Shown here: piece by piece, positions 26,051 to 37,575 of the stretch | Position numbering within the stretch: position 1 is the stretch's first letter | Layout of the letters: every line of letters starts with the position of its first letter | From: Neodothiora populina | Taxonomy: Eukaryota | Reading direction: 5' to 3' | Length of the DNA: 64,000 bases | NCBI RefSeq assembly: GCF_041146345.1 | Contig: NW_027191417.1 | Span: forward strand, 558,001 to 622,000 | The notes under the pieces: generated by a model | Seen by the model: only the letters and a program-made list of their open reading frames with translations | Told to the model about the DNA's origin: nothing | Database searches by the model: none | Program-made: the position numbers and the translations under genes

Positions 26051-26663
26051 GGCTCATTGCACGGCTGCGAGACCAATTGACGAGAAAAATGCACAGGCGA
26101 GTGCTTTCTCCCTCCACACGCATCCATAAAAGGTATGACTGGGAAACAACAGAGAAGAGGGAAAAGATTCACAGAAGAGCACAGTCATACTATGGACACT
26201 TACTTACCTTATCTTATCACTAAATTCCCCACGCCGACGCTCCGCGTGCAGGCAGGAGGGGGCAACCCTGTCACATCTGTAACGAGATTGCTCCTCGCTC
26301 GTCACTGGCGAATATGTCAAGAAAGTGGAGGGCCTTGCATACTCAAAGTCTCTTGCCGGCCTTGATATCTTTTGAATCCAAAACACAGGGTCAAACATAT
26401 CCCATCGTGTTCTATCACGGAGCTCGCATTCAGCAGTTCGGCAGGCATCTCGGTCAATATGCAACCTTACCTCCGGAAATCCGGCGCCAAGACGTCATCG
26501 ATATATACCAGATGAGGCACCATTGAACACTTGAGGCTCAGATATATAAGCAGCTCAATCTTGTGATCTTCGTATCTCACATACACAGCATCGGAAAACT
26601 TCATAGGGTGATCGATAGCTTTTCAGTTGCCCAGACCTAGGATAAAGACCACTGCTGCACAAC

Positions 26664-27649
26664 ATGGCACCTCAACTTGCTTGGATTGGCCTCGGCAACA
26701 TGGGCCGAGTAAGTCGAGTCCCCTCACCCAATTGGCGAGAAGACCCGTACTCTAATACCGATACAAGGGCATGGTCAAGAACCTGGCCGAAAAAGCTGAC
26801 CTGGGAGGGAATCCTGTTATCATCTTCAACAGGACCAGCTCACGAGCCGAGCAATTATCACAAGAACTCGGAGCAGACAAGGCCAAGGCAGTGTCGAGCA
26901 TCGCCGAGGCTGTGAAACCTGCAGACATCGTCTTCACTTGCGTGGGCGATGACAAGGCCATCGAAGAGACCATCGGAAGTGCCCTGGAGGGCAGCCCCAA
27001 GGGCAAGCTCTTTGTTGATTGTTCTACCGTGCACCCTGACACTACAGACAAACTAGCGAAGATGGTGACAGATGCCGGTGCAGAGTTCGTTGCCTGTCCC
27101 GTATTTGGAGCCCCGGCAATGGCAACTAGTGGTCAGCTCATATGCGTCCTCGCTGGTTCCGCTGCTGCCGTCGACAAAGTGAAGCCCTACACGACAGGTG
27201 TCATGGGTCGAGCAATCATTGATTACTCCGGCGAGCCACAAGGTGCAGCAACGCGCTTGAAGATCATTGGAAATACCTTCATCCTCAACATGGTTGAGAC
27301 TTTGTCCGAGGGCCATGTTCTGGCCGAAAAATCGGGTCTTGGATCCGATAGGTTGCACCAATTCATCGAGGCAATGTTCCCTGGCCCGTACACTGCCTAC
27401 TCGAACCGTATGCGCGAGGGTGACTATTACAAGCGAGAGGAGCCCCTGTTTGCGGTTGACCTGGCCAGGAAAGACGCAGGGCACGCCATGGCTCTGGCTA
27501 AGACACATGGCTGTCGTATGAAGGGTGTCGAAGTCGCGGATGCGCATCTTGCTGAAGTGAAAGAACACGAGGGAAGCAAGGGTGATATTGCCGGTATCTA
27601 TGGTGCAGTTCGACAAGAAGGTGGTCTCAAGTTTGAGAATCAGAAGTAG
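26664..27649 (+). CDS. NAD(P)-dependent beta-hydroxyacid dehydrogenase (3-hydroxyisobutyrate/6-phosphogluconate dehydrogenase family)
   Basis: WIGLGNMGRGM Rossmann motif, FNRT, VDCSTVHP, ACPVFG, catalytic lysine in LKIIGN, LARKD. Intron at 26709-26767. Confidence 0.93.
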
Positions 27650-27722
27650 CTCATGAATAGATTCAACATTCACTGATTATGGTAATTTGAATCGTGCATC
27701 ATGACTCCAGTGCGACCTTAAG

Positions 27723-28813
27723 TCATACACTTTGTCGCCTATCCAGAAGCCGCTGAGCATTACCATGATAGATCGCCTCAATTTCATCATCACTGAACAT
27801 CTTCTTCACCCCAGTATTCATCTGTCCAGCAAGCATATTCACACCTTCTACGCTCGTAAAAGGAAAGTCAGATCCATACATCAGCCGCTGCGAGCTCACG
27901 CCACACCCTTGCACAAGCCCGACCAATTGCCCGGAAGGTTTGCCATCCTCGGATGAATTGGAAAATGGAAAACCTGCAAGGTCAAAGTAGAACTGCTTGT
28001 TGAAAGCCTGTCTCGCTTCTTTTTCAGCCACTCCAGTCCATGGCCCAGGGACCAACGTCGAGAAGCCCGTGAAGCGCGGGAGAATTGGAGGCATAGCGCC
28101 CCCGGCATGCGGAATGACATAGGTGATGTCAGGGTAGCGGGCCACAGTCCCAGATAAGAACAGGTTCGTCACGCATCGCGCTGTGTCGAAGAAGAATTCG
28201 ATCATAGGGTTCGGGAAGTTTGCGTGGAGTGGTGCTGCCTTTATGGGCTCTTTGCCGTCTCCGCACGCTATGCATGGAGAAGTAGGATGGATGAAGACAA
28301 TCGCTCGCCGCTTGTTGAACTCCTCGAATACCGGGTCAAACAGTGGATCACCAAGGTAGTGTCCCTGGTGGTTAGTCTTTACGGCGAAACCATCACATCC
28401 GTCTTCGATCGCTTGTGGAATCTCCGCGAGGGCGAGTTCGATGTCAGGAAGTGGTAGAGAGGCCCAGAATCCAAATTTCGAGGGATACTGCTTCTTCAGC
28501 GATGCAGCGTAGTTGTTGCAGTATCTCGTCACTGTGGATGCAAGCTGCTTGTCCCCGATTTTCAGGTATGTGCCTGGAGAAGAGATGCTCAGGATTGATT
28601 TACTGATACCAATTCGGGACATTGAGTCGAGATGTGCTTCAGTGGACCATTTCTAGAAGTGCTTGTCTTTAGCGAGTATCGAGACACCCACTCGATCTGG
28701 CTTACTGGCAAAGCAGGCATCCCATCCGGGTTGGCATATCCATTGTCCAGACAAGCTTGGAAGTAGTCGGGAGGAAGAAAGTGTGCATGCACATCGATAC
28801 GTGAATTGGCCAT
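27723..28813 (-). CDS. Amidohydrolase_2 family enzyme (ACMSD/6-methylsalicylate decarboxylase-like)
   Basis: IDVHAHFLP, VFIHPT, EFFFDTAR, IPHAGG, FYFDLAG, YGSDFPF, GNAQRLL. Intron at 28653-28705. Confidence 0.92.
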
Positions 28814-29384
28814 ATTTCTTGATCGATCTGGACACGGTGGGAATTATTGAGCTTCGAGAGAGTGTGACGAATTACGATATGAAGACTTTTACATTAATTG
28901 ATTACCACGAATATCAGGCTAAGTAACTTAGTAGGCTACCACTCTGGCCATGGAAGATGTAGTACAACACGTGCTTCGTCAGCCGAACAGCCTCGAAAAC
29001 TCAGGTAGTAAGAACAACAGGCTAGACATAGATGGCACCTTTTGAAGCCTTCGCCGAATGACCCAAAGGGATTGATTCCCCAGCTTGCCTGTACAGATCA
29101 GATCGAAGATGAGTCCCTAAGGTGGTTCTTGCGTCCTGGGCTTCGCGGGGCCGACCCGTAGTGTTGTGATGCGACATGGCCTTTACCTTTTACAGCACCA
29201 ATAATCCTCCAGCACGGCGGACCTATCTTTAGTGCTGCACAAGGTACGACATGACCCCGCCTTGTTATATACCATGCGATGGCCGGCTTGCAATGGAGTG
29301 CCCTGGATTTCTATATAATCTGGCTTCCGGCATAGAGGACTAGGACTGTTCTCCTCCAGCAGTTTGCATTGCCGCAGATTCGTC

Positions 29385-30808
29385 ATGGCTTCAATCCTGA
29401 TTCGGGATGTCCGTATATTCACCGGAGAAGAGGAAATACCTAATGGAAGTGTCTTGGTCGAAGAAGGCAAGATAAACTCGGTGTCGAGATCAAGCATCGA
29501 TCCACCGAGTCCGTCAATGACAGTCATATCAAAGCCTGGGCATACCCTGCTGCCAGGCCTCATTGATGCACATATCCACGCTGACAAGGGTAACCCCGTT
29601 GCTCTACCACAATCCCTTCGGTTCGGAGTGACGACCGTATGCGATATGCAGAACGAGCCTCACAATGTGGTCAAGCTCAGGAAGCAGGCTGAGAGCAAGG
29701 GTGTAGCAGACTTCAAGACGTGCAGCTTGGCTGCAACGATCAAAGGAGGATGGCCGGAAGCCGTGGTTACTGCGCATGATGAATCCGACGAGGTATTGCT
29801 GGATCATACTCCTGATATTGAGTATGATCACGTTGCTGACAGAGGCACAATGCCAGACAGCTGCGGAGATAGCACTATGGCCCAAGCTGGAAAGTGAAGC
29901 AGACGCACAGGCTTACGTGGATCAACGTGTCAAGGAAGACCATGTCGACTATATCAAGCTGATGCACGAGAGTGGCAGTGGTCTCCTGGTCAAACCGAAT
30001 TTGCCAGACATCAAATTACAGAAAGCGGTGATCAAAGCTGCTCATGCTAACGATCTCGTTGTCGTGGCGCACTGTCTCGCTCATGACGATACCGTGGCTA
30101 TACTTCACGCAGGTGTCGATGGATTGACCCATACTTTTCTGGACAAGCCTCCCAGTAAGCAGCTGGTTGATGCATACAAGCTCAACAACGCGTAAGTTAT
30201 GCCTGACCTCTTCATCAGAGAATCAACATTGACGGAAATTCAGCCATTGCAATCCTACACTTGCAGCCATAGGCAGTCTGACGCAAGAAGGACGTGCTTT
30301 GCAAGAGCAATATGCTCATGATCCACGCGTGCAGAGCTTACTTGGGGAGTCTGAGAAAGCGAGGTTGTGCCAATGCATGAGCATGGCAGCCGAGGGATGT
30401 ACAGTTGAAAACGCATATGAGAGTGTGCGTCAACTAAAAGCTGCTGGCGTAGATATCGTCTGGTTCGTAGACACGGTCATCCATTTTAGCACTCAAGTTA
30501 TACTGACACTTCTCAGCGGATCGGACGCGGCAGGGCCGGCTATAGGAACTGCTTGGGGCCTTTCTATACACCAGGAGATGGCATTATTCGTGGACAAGTG
30601 CGGCTTCACTCCTTTGGAGGCTCTACGCTCGGCTTCTTCAACGACGATGAGAAGGTTTAGATTCCACGATCGTGGGCTAATTGCTCCTGGATTGAAGGCA
30701 GACCTCGTGCTGGTGGAGGGAAACCCGCTGGAGAACATAGATCATACACTTGATCTTAGAGCTGTCTGGAGAGACGGGGTCCTTTGCTCTGCTTACGAAC
30801 ATGTATAG
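29385..30808 (+). CDS. Metal-dependent amidohydrolase (Amidohydro_1, imidazolonepropionase/prolidase-like)
   Basis: TLLPGLIDAHIH, FGVTTVCDM, YIKLMHE, VVAHC, DGLTH, CGSDA, RGLIAPGLKADLVLVEGNP. Introns at 29793-29856, 30192-30243 and 30463-30516. Confidence 0.92.
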
Positions 30809-31153
30809 CGTGCTCATAGCAGACACAATGGGGATTGCTCGACCTCGAGATACTTAGTGCTGTATACCTCGATTATGGGTGGAATGCTTGATAAATGCAA
30901 GAGTAGTTCATATTTCCAGCGCTATCACCTGTTTTGACCTAGTGCTCCTGCGTATAGAATCTGTCGAATAAAGAGAAGAGTCACCAGTCACTTACTTCGA
31001 ATGCCGAAGGTAATCGCGCCGGATGTGTGACATAGTAAACAAATGTGTCGTATAATTACACTGCCTAAATAATGCGCCTCTCCGGCTCTATTGCGCCGCC
31101 AGTCGGCGAAATGTATACGTGACAGCGAGCGGAAAAATCGCCCGGCTAAATTC

Positions 31154-31162
31154 TCCACCAAT
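31154..31162 (+). promoter_or_regulatory. GARE (galacturonic acid-responsive element, GaaR site) TCCACCAAT
   Basis: Exact match to TCCNCCAAT about 210 nt upstream of the L-galactonate dehydratase ATG. Confidence 0.75.
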
Positions 31163-31199
31163 AGCGGTAAAGCTTCATTGCAGCCGCCCCAGATCAAAC

Positions 31200-31215
31200 A
31201 CCCCACTAGTGGGGT
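31200..31215. promoter_or_regulatory. Perfect 16-bp palindrome ACCCCACTAGTGGGGT forming a pair of inverted CreA (SYGGRG) sites
   Basis: Palindrome read directly. Further SYGGRG matches at 31187-31192 and near 31080. Confidence 0.6.
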
Positions 31216-31369
31216 ATTGGAGTGACGGGGAAATACGAGGTCGAGGAGGTATGGTTGAAAGACAAAACCAGTCGTATGCCCCTTCGTGGTTCGCGATACT
31301 TATTCTTCTTGCTCTTAATTGATTTTTTGAATCTATAGCTTTCTTCTCTCCTATACAGTGATCGCAAAG

Positions 31370-32900
31370 ATGGTGACTATTACGAAATTCACGACCAGAG
31401 ATGTTCGCTTTCCTGTAAGTGCGGCCATGACTTACTCTCCATGTTTACTGTGTGTGTTCGTCTGCTTACATTGTTCTGATAGACGTCTCTGGACAAAACT
31501 GGCTCTGATGCCATGAATGCTGCTGGTGACTACTCGGCCGCTTACTGCATTCTCAGCACTGATACTGAACACTCTGGCCATGGCATGGTAAGTCTCGACT
31601 CCAAATCATGAAACATTCATTTCTTTTGCTAAACTGGCGTAGACATTCACCATCGGTCGCGGCAACGAGATTGTCTGCGCAGCGATCTCGTTGCTCGCTT
31701 CTCGCGTGGAGGGCAAGACCCTAGAAAGCCTTGTAGCAGACTGGGGAAAGACGTGGAGATACCTCGTTTCCGACAGTCAACTACGATGGATCGGACCCGA
31801 GAAAGGCGTGATTCACCTTGCTCTCGGAGCTGTCGTGAACGCCATCTGGGATCTGTGGGCGAAGACGCTCAACAAGCCCGTATGGCAGATTGTGTGCGAG
31901 ATGTCGCCCGAGGAGTTTGTGTCCTGCATTGACTTCCGGTACATCACCGATGCCATCACAAAGGAGGAAGCCATTGAGTTGTTGAAGAAGGAGGAGCCTG
32001 GTAAGGCTGAGAGGATCAAGCATGCTCAGGCCAACCGAGCTGTGCCTGCCTACACCACCAGTGCTGGATGGCTAGGCTACGGTCAGGAGAAGATGAAGGG
32101 ACTGCTTGAGGAAACTCTTGCCAAGGGCTACAGGCACTTCAAGCTGAAGGTCGGCACAAGTGTCGAGGAAGACAAGACGAGATTAGCCATTGCGAGAAGC
32201 GTCATTGGCTACGACAAAGGCAACTATCTCATGGTTGATGCCAACCAGGTAAGCGACGAGAACCTTTCCCTCCCTAGAACACATCCGTACTAACCACACA
32301 CCAATCAAGGTCTGGTCTGTACCAGAAGCCATCGACTACATGAAGCAACTCGCGGAATTCAAGCCATGGTTCATCGAAGAGCCCACATCACCCGACGACG
32401 TCTTCGGCCACAAAGCCGTGCGCGAAGCCCTGAAGCCCTACGGAATCGGCGTCGCCACAGGCGAGATGTGCCAGAACCGCGTCATCTTCAAGCAGCTCCT
32501 GCAACAGGGCGCCATCGACATCTGCCAGATCGACGCCTGCCGCATGGGAGGAGTGAACGAGGTGCTCGCCGTGCTGCTTATGGCGAAGAAGTTCGGCGTG
32601 CCCATCGTGCCGCACTCTGGAGGCGTCGGTCTGCCTGAATACACTCAGCATCTCAGCACCATCGATTATGTCGTTGTCAGTGGTAAGCTCAGCGTGCTCG
32701 AGTACGTCGATCATCTTCACGAACACTTCTTCCACCCGAGTGTCATCAAGGACGGATACTACACCACTCCCACAGACCCTGGGTACAGTGTTGAGATGAA
32801 GCCCGAGAGCATGGACAAGTTCGAGTATCCCGGCAAAGATGGTGTGTCGTGGTGGAAGAGTGAAGAGGCTAAGAGCATCCTCGAGGGAGAGAGGATATAG
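31370..32900 (+). CDS. lgd1: L-galactonate dehydratase (enolase superfamily, ENOSF1-like; D-galacturonate catabolism)
   Basis: RDVRFPTSLDKTGSDAMNAAGDYS, TFTIGRGNE, GPEKGVIHLA, PAYTTSAGWLGY, FKLKVG, MVDANQ, IEEPTSPDD, VATGE, PHSGGVGL. Introns at 31415-31482, 31588-31642 and 32249-32309. The upstream GARE supports a gaaB/lgd1 assignment. Confidence 0.92.
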
Positions 32901-33379
32901 ACACCCACTAGATCTACTTACACAATGCTATGCCGCACAAGGCACCAGCTCTTATTCTTCGCGTTTACGGATACAAGTACAGACTCCACTCAGTCATCAG
33001 TGATGGAAGTGAATTGTATGTGAGGCTACATTATGACCCATGTGAATCAAGTAGATTTAGTATAAAAAAGCATGGTCACACTTCTATATTTAACTAAGCG
33101 TCGACAGCACACAGGCACAAATTAACCAAAGGAGCAAAAGGTAGAGTAGTAGTAAAAGTAAAGCAGCGAAGCCGCGCGGTCAAATTGGTTCTATAAAAAC
33201 TTAACCTATAGAAGAGAAGAGAAGCGTATCTTGTCGTGTTCGTCAGAGGCCATGTTCGTCAGCATGGAGAAGTATGCGAAAAGGCTCGCAACTCCATCCA
33301 TAAGGGGGGCCTGTCCTGCAGGAACGAGAATGGGTGGGTTTTTGAAAAGGATTGGCTGTCAGGAATCGGGCAACAGGGA

Positions 33380-34901
33380 TCACCTGTTGATGCCTTCTCC
33401 GGCGAGGTTGACAACCGGGTTGAAGTTTTGCCATGCGCAGTCCTTGGTGATCAAGACACTGCCATGAGCTTCGTGAATCGTGGAACCGTTCCTGCCAATG
33501 CCGACATAAGGAGAGACACCATTGCCAAGGTCATCTGGGAAGGGCACCATGGTGGTCTGGGGACCACTGCCGTCTGCGTAGAAGGTGAAGCCAGCGTTGT
33601 CACCAACACTGACCGTGATGGTCGAAGGTTCCTTAACGAGAGCCCAGGCGAAAACGGCATCGACAGGGTACTCGTAGTTTCTGACGCTTCCGGTTGAAGC
33701 ACCGCCGGCGCAAACCACATCCTTTGGGTGACTAGTGAAACTGTCAGCATTGTTCGAGTCATGAGCAAGTCCAGGAAGCTGCTTACATGCGGTACCAGAA
33801 CACAACCTGATCCATAGCAATGGCTGGGGCCTTGCCGTTCTTCCACCACGAGATGTAGTACTTGGCAATGATGCGCCACGGGGCGTGGTTCATGTCCTTG
33901 ACATAATTGTCCATGCCGTTGGAGTAGGTAACATAATCCGTGGCGGACACATCCGTGAAGCTTGGGATGTCTCGGAGATAGTGAGACTCGCAGAAGTCGT
34001 TCCATGTCAGGATCTCAATGATATCTGGCGAGAAGGCAGCATTGGCGACGGCGTGGAGACGCTGTGTGAACAATGTGTCGGAGTAAGAAACCCAGGAGTT
34101 GGCGGCAACACCATCATTGAGGTCCTTGAATTGCCACGGAGAGATAGCCATGATGTATGGTCCAGTCTTGCCTGCATTGTTTAATGCAGACTTGAAAGCC
34201 TCGTCAGCACTCACAGTGAGATTGTCGTTTTCCAGAGGCCAAGCTTGCCCTGAGAGAAGGTTAGCAAAGTTGTGGTAAGATTGTGACATGTGCTCGAACT
34301 TACAGTTAAAGAAGCCGTCAATGGATGGGTAATTCTTGATCAGGTTCGAAGCAGCTGTGTCTGCGTGATTCTGTGCTCCCTCGGAGTAAGAAGTCAAGGC
34401 AGGGCTGAGACTGATGGCGACGCCGGAACCCTTGACAGTGTCCTTCAATTTCTGGAAGAAGTCGTTGCCATACTCATCAACCTGGTCGCCACCATAGGTG
34501 GACACGAGGACATTCGTGTTCCAGCGCATAGCTGCCGAGCTTCCAGAGTACTTAGTGATCATGCTCGACATGAATGTAGTGTTCCAGTAAATGTTGCACT
34601 CAGAGTAGCTCATGTCAAAGGAGAACATGAGCTTGAATCCCATGCTTTCAGCAGCGTCATAAGCATCGTCGATACGGTCCAATTGCCAGCCACGGCTTGG
34701 ATGGTTGCAGTCAGGCGGGATCCAGTTGAGGGCAAAGCCATCGATACCAACTTGCTGCGCAGCAGCCATATCTGTCTTCCATTGGCTCTTGGTGTAGGCA
34801 TAGGAATTGTCCAACATGAAGTGAGCCACAACCTCGCCAGCAGCAGCGATTTGAGCACCAACTGCTGCAAGCAGCAAGGCGCCAAAGACTTTGGGAAACA
34901 T
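33380..34901 (-). CDS. Secreted glycoside hydrolase family 71 alpha-1,3-glucanase (mutanase)
   Basis: Signal peptide, VVAHFM, GIDGFALN, FKLMFSFD, DGFFNW, YIMAISPWQF, EILTWNDFCESHY, VFWYRIHP. Introns at 34250-34303 and 33732-33786. Confidence 0.94.
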
Positions 34902-37575
34902 GTTGAGGTAAGCTAGAAGTAGTCTCTACGATTTTTCGTTTTTGTATTCTAGGCAACAAAGAGCGCAAGCGCCGTCAAAGTCTGTCGGGTGTAGTGATTG
35001 TGAAAGAGTGTGAAGTGTTAATCTTACCGTTCCCGGAACGGTAAGGGGGTTTATGAAGAAAAGAGTGTATGAAGGAATGACTGAGAAAAGATGGTGTAAG
35101 GAATGGACAGGCGTCAACGCCAAAGGAAAGGATAGGACCTTGAATTTGTATGTGAAGGTGTGGTAGAGAGAAAGAGAAAAGAGGACTAAGTGAAGAGAGC
35201 CAACGGTTATACCTTAGTACTCACAGACTGCACCTACAAGGATCCGACATGTGAACGGTAAACGGCTCCAGGGGCCGCGAGCCCCACTACTTTTTTCCGA
35301 TCAAATAGGTAGAGTGGAGCGCCAACATGTGGCAACACTGAAATTGCGAGTCTATCAAGGAGCTGGATTGGTTGTTTGCTGGTATGGAGGAATTGGGAAG
35401 GAGTGGACAAACGTCTGGCTCGGCCCGTCGTTTCAGATAGGGTTTCGCAATGCTGCTAGGGTTGCTGTTGCAGTGCCAAGGGCGTGGGTTCTACTGCACT
35501 CGAAACGCTGCAGACATCCACACCCCGGCTTTACAGGAAAGTGAAGCGACCGATACAATAACATTTTCTTTGTTGATGCATTCTTCGCACCGAAACTTTG
35601 TGTGCCGCCCTGCATAGTGACGTGCTTGGAGGCGCTTTCTAGAATGGCATCTATTAGACTTGCGCTTTGAGCGCTTCCTTCCTGGTCACGCTGTGCACTC
35701 TCCTATACTGACTCAACTTGCCTCAGTTGAGAAACACCGGTCTTGATGCTACCCTCGATCCTCCAATCCATGTCATGTAACATGCACAATGCAACACGTT
35801 GGGTCAATGGACTCCTCTTCTCTGTTAATGAGCATACCGATGGAACGTGTGGTTGTCCCGTGTGACAACCCGACTGTAGGTACCTATGGGTCCCTTCATC
35901 AAACAGCTACGGTATATGCATCTCCGACCGAACTTTACTGATCTGTAGCTAAGGCCACAATGATTCAGATCTAATCTCTGGGAAACGGGCGGTTGGGACA
36001 GAGCTGCATGTTTAAGAGGCCGGGCGGTTCTGCATCGCACAAGAATGATTATTGAAATCACTGACATCCCTGTCTGTCCATGTGCGGACATTTAGGGCAT
36101 TGAATCCCACTGCGCCCAAGTCTCCTGCAAGCATCCTTTGACAGATACTGTGATACAGCGTCTGGGCCCAACCGAGGTGGTCGACGAAAGACCAGGTCTT
36201 GTATGGAGATCTGTGTATGGTGGCGGACTTGATTGGAGCCTCTTTGTGGGATTTGCATGCGTGACCGGGATGCACAATGGTCTGTTTCGAAAAATGATAG
36301 TAGATAAGGTACCGCCCGCCACTCCGCTACAGCCTCCCGTCGCACAAGGGGACTCGATCTGGTCCGAAAGAAATGGCCGATTCATTTTGTTTCTCCGTGA
36401 CCTCGACAAGTGCGACAGCGATCCAGAATCGTACCCATCCAACCGCCTATCAGCCCGTTCACCCCACCCACTCATTGCTTCCAGTTTTCAGCTAATTTAC
36501 AATAAGTCAGTGTTGCATTATCTAGAGGCTGGGCATGAATACGCCATGGGTAAAGGACGTCTTCGGTCTACGGGCTTTTTACTACACCCAAATTGCAGCT
36601 GGCAACTGTCCCCAAGCGCCCTGCATGGGTCTCCTAGGATCATCATTGTCACACTCTGTACGTCAGTGGAGATTTGTTTTCCGTCTTGGCTTGTCTACTC
36701 AAACATTTGTCGTTCATGTGTTATGTTTACATATTGAAGGGGTGCGCAGCAGTACACCAAGCGCTTAAACGTGCATGCATCAGCCTGCTTCGGGGAAGCG
36801 TGTCGTTGAAAATTTCTTTATGTGTCTTAATATGTAGATGCCTAGACGGGCGATCCACTGTGGAGAGGGAGATCAAGGACTTGTGGATATACAAAGAATA
36901 TGACAAGTGGAGCCGCCGAGTGGATCGGTACTTTATTGTACAGTACCTGATCTCCCATGGATCGTGTAATTTACGCCTACAGCTACTGGCCAACGCATAC
37001 AGGGCGTTCCAACCGCACTTTGACGCTGGCTTTTGGTTGTCTACGCAGGCCGCATTTGTAGATGGCTCGAACATATGCCTGTCCTGTGTAGATATCGGAT
37101 TTCACCAAAACAAATAGCTGTGCGAGCAAGAATTATTGGGTCGATTTGGGTTTTGCCACTTCGGTAAGTTGCGGCTTTCCGCCGATTCCAGTGCACAGTG
37201 GTTAGACCTTGAAGGGTGACCTGGGTTTCAGGCTAAGTCGACGGAAGGCGAAGTTGTGCAACACAACCTGGCACGTGTATACGTAGTTCGGACGCTAGGG
37301 TAGGCACTCGGGAGCGGTAGATTCCAAACCAGAGTCCCTGTCGTCAACATAGCAAGGATTCGACAAAGAGCTGGCTTTAAATGTAAATGCTAGGGAGTGA
37401 AAAGCAGAAATGCGTATCGTCGTAAGAAAGAAGGGTATCAAGTTGCGCCGTGGGCTCCCTAATGACAAATGAAAAGACCCGTCCCTCACTGTCACCACTC
37501 TCCTGTGTCGGTTGACTGCCGAGTCAGGCTTCGACTTTTCCCTCCCCTGGAGTATTTCAGATGTAGATAATGGTT

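Noticed and set aside
27647..27680. Possible stop-codon readthrough to a cryptic peroxisomal signal on the dehydrogenase
   Set aside because: The context is TAG CTC rather than TGA CTA, and the extension (LMNRFNIH) has no PTS1
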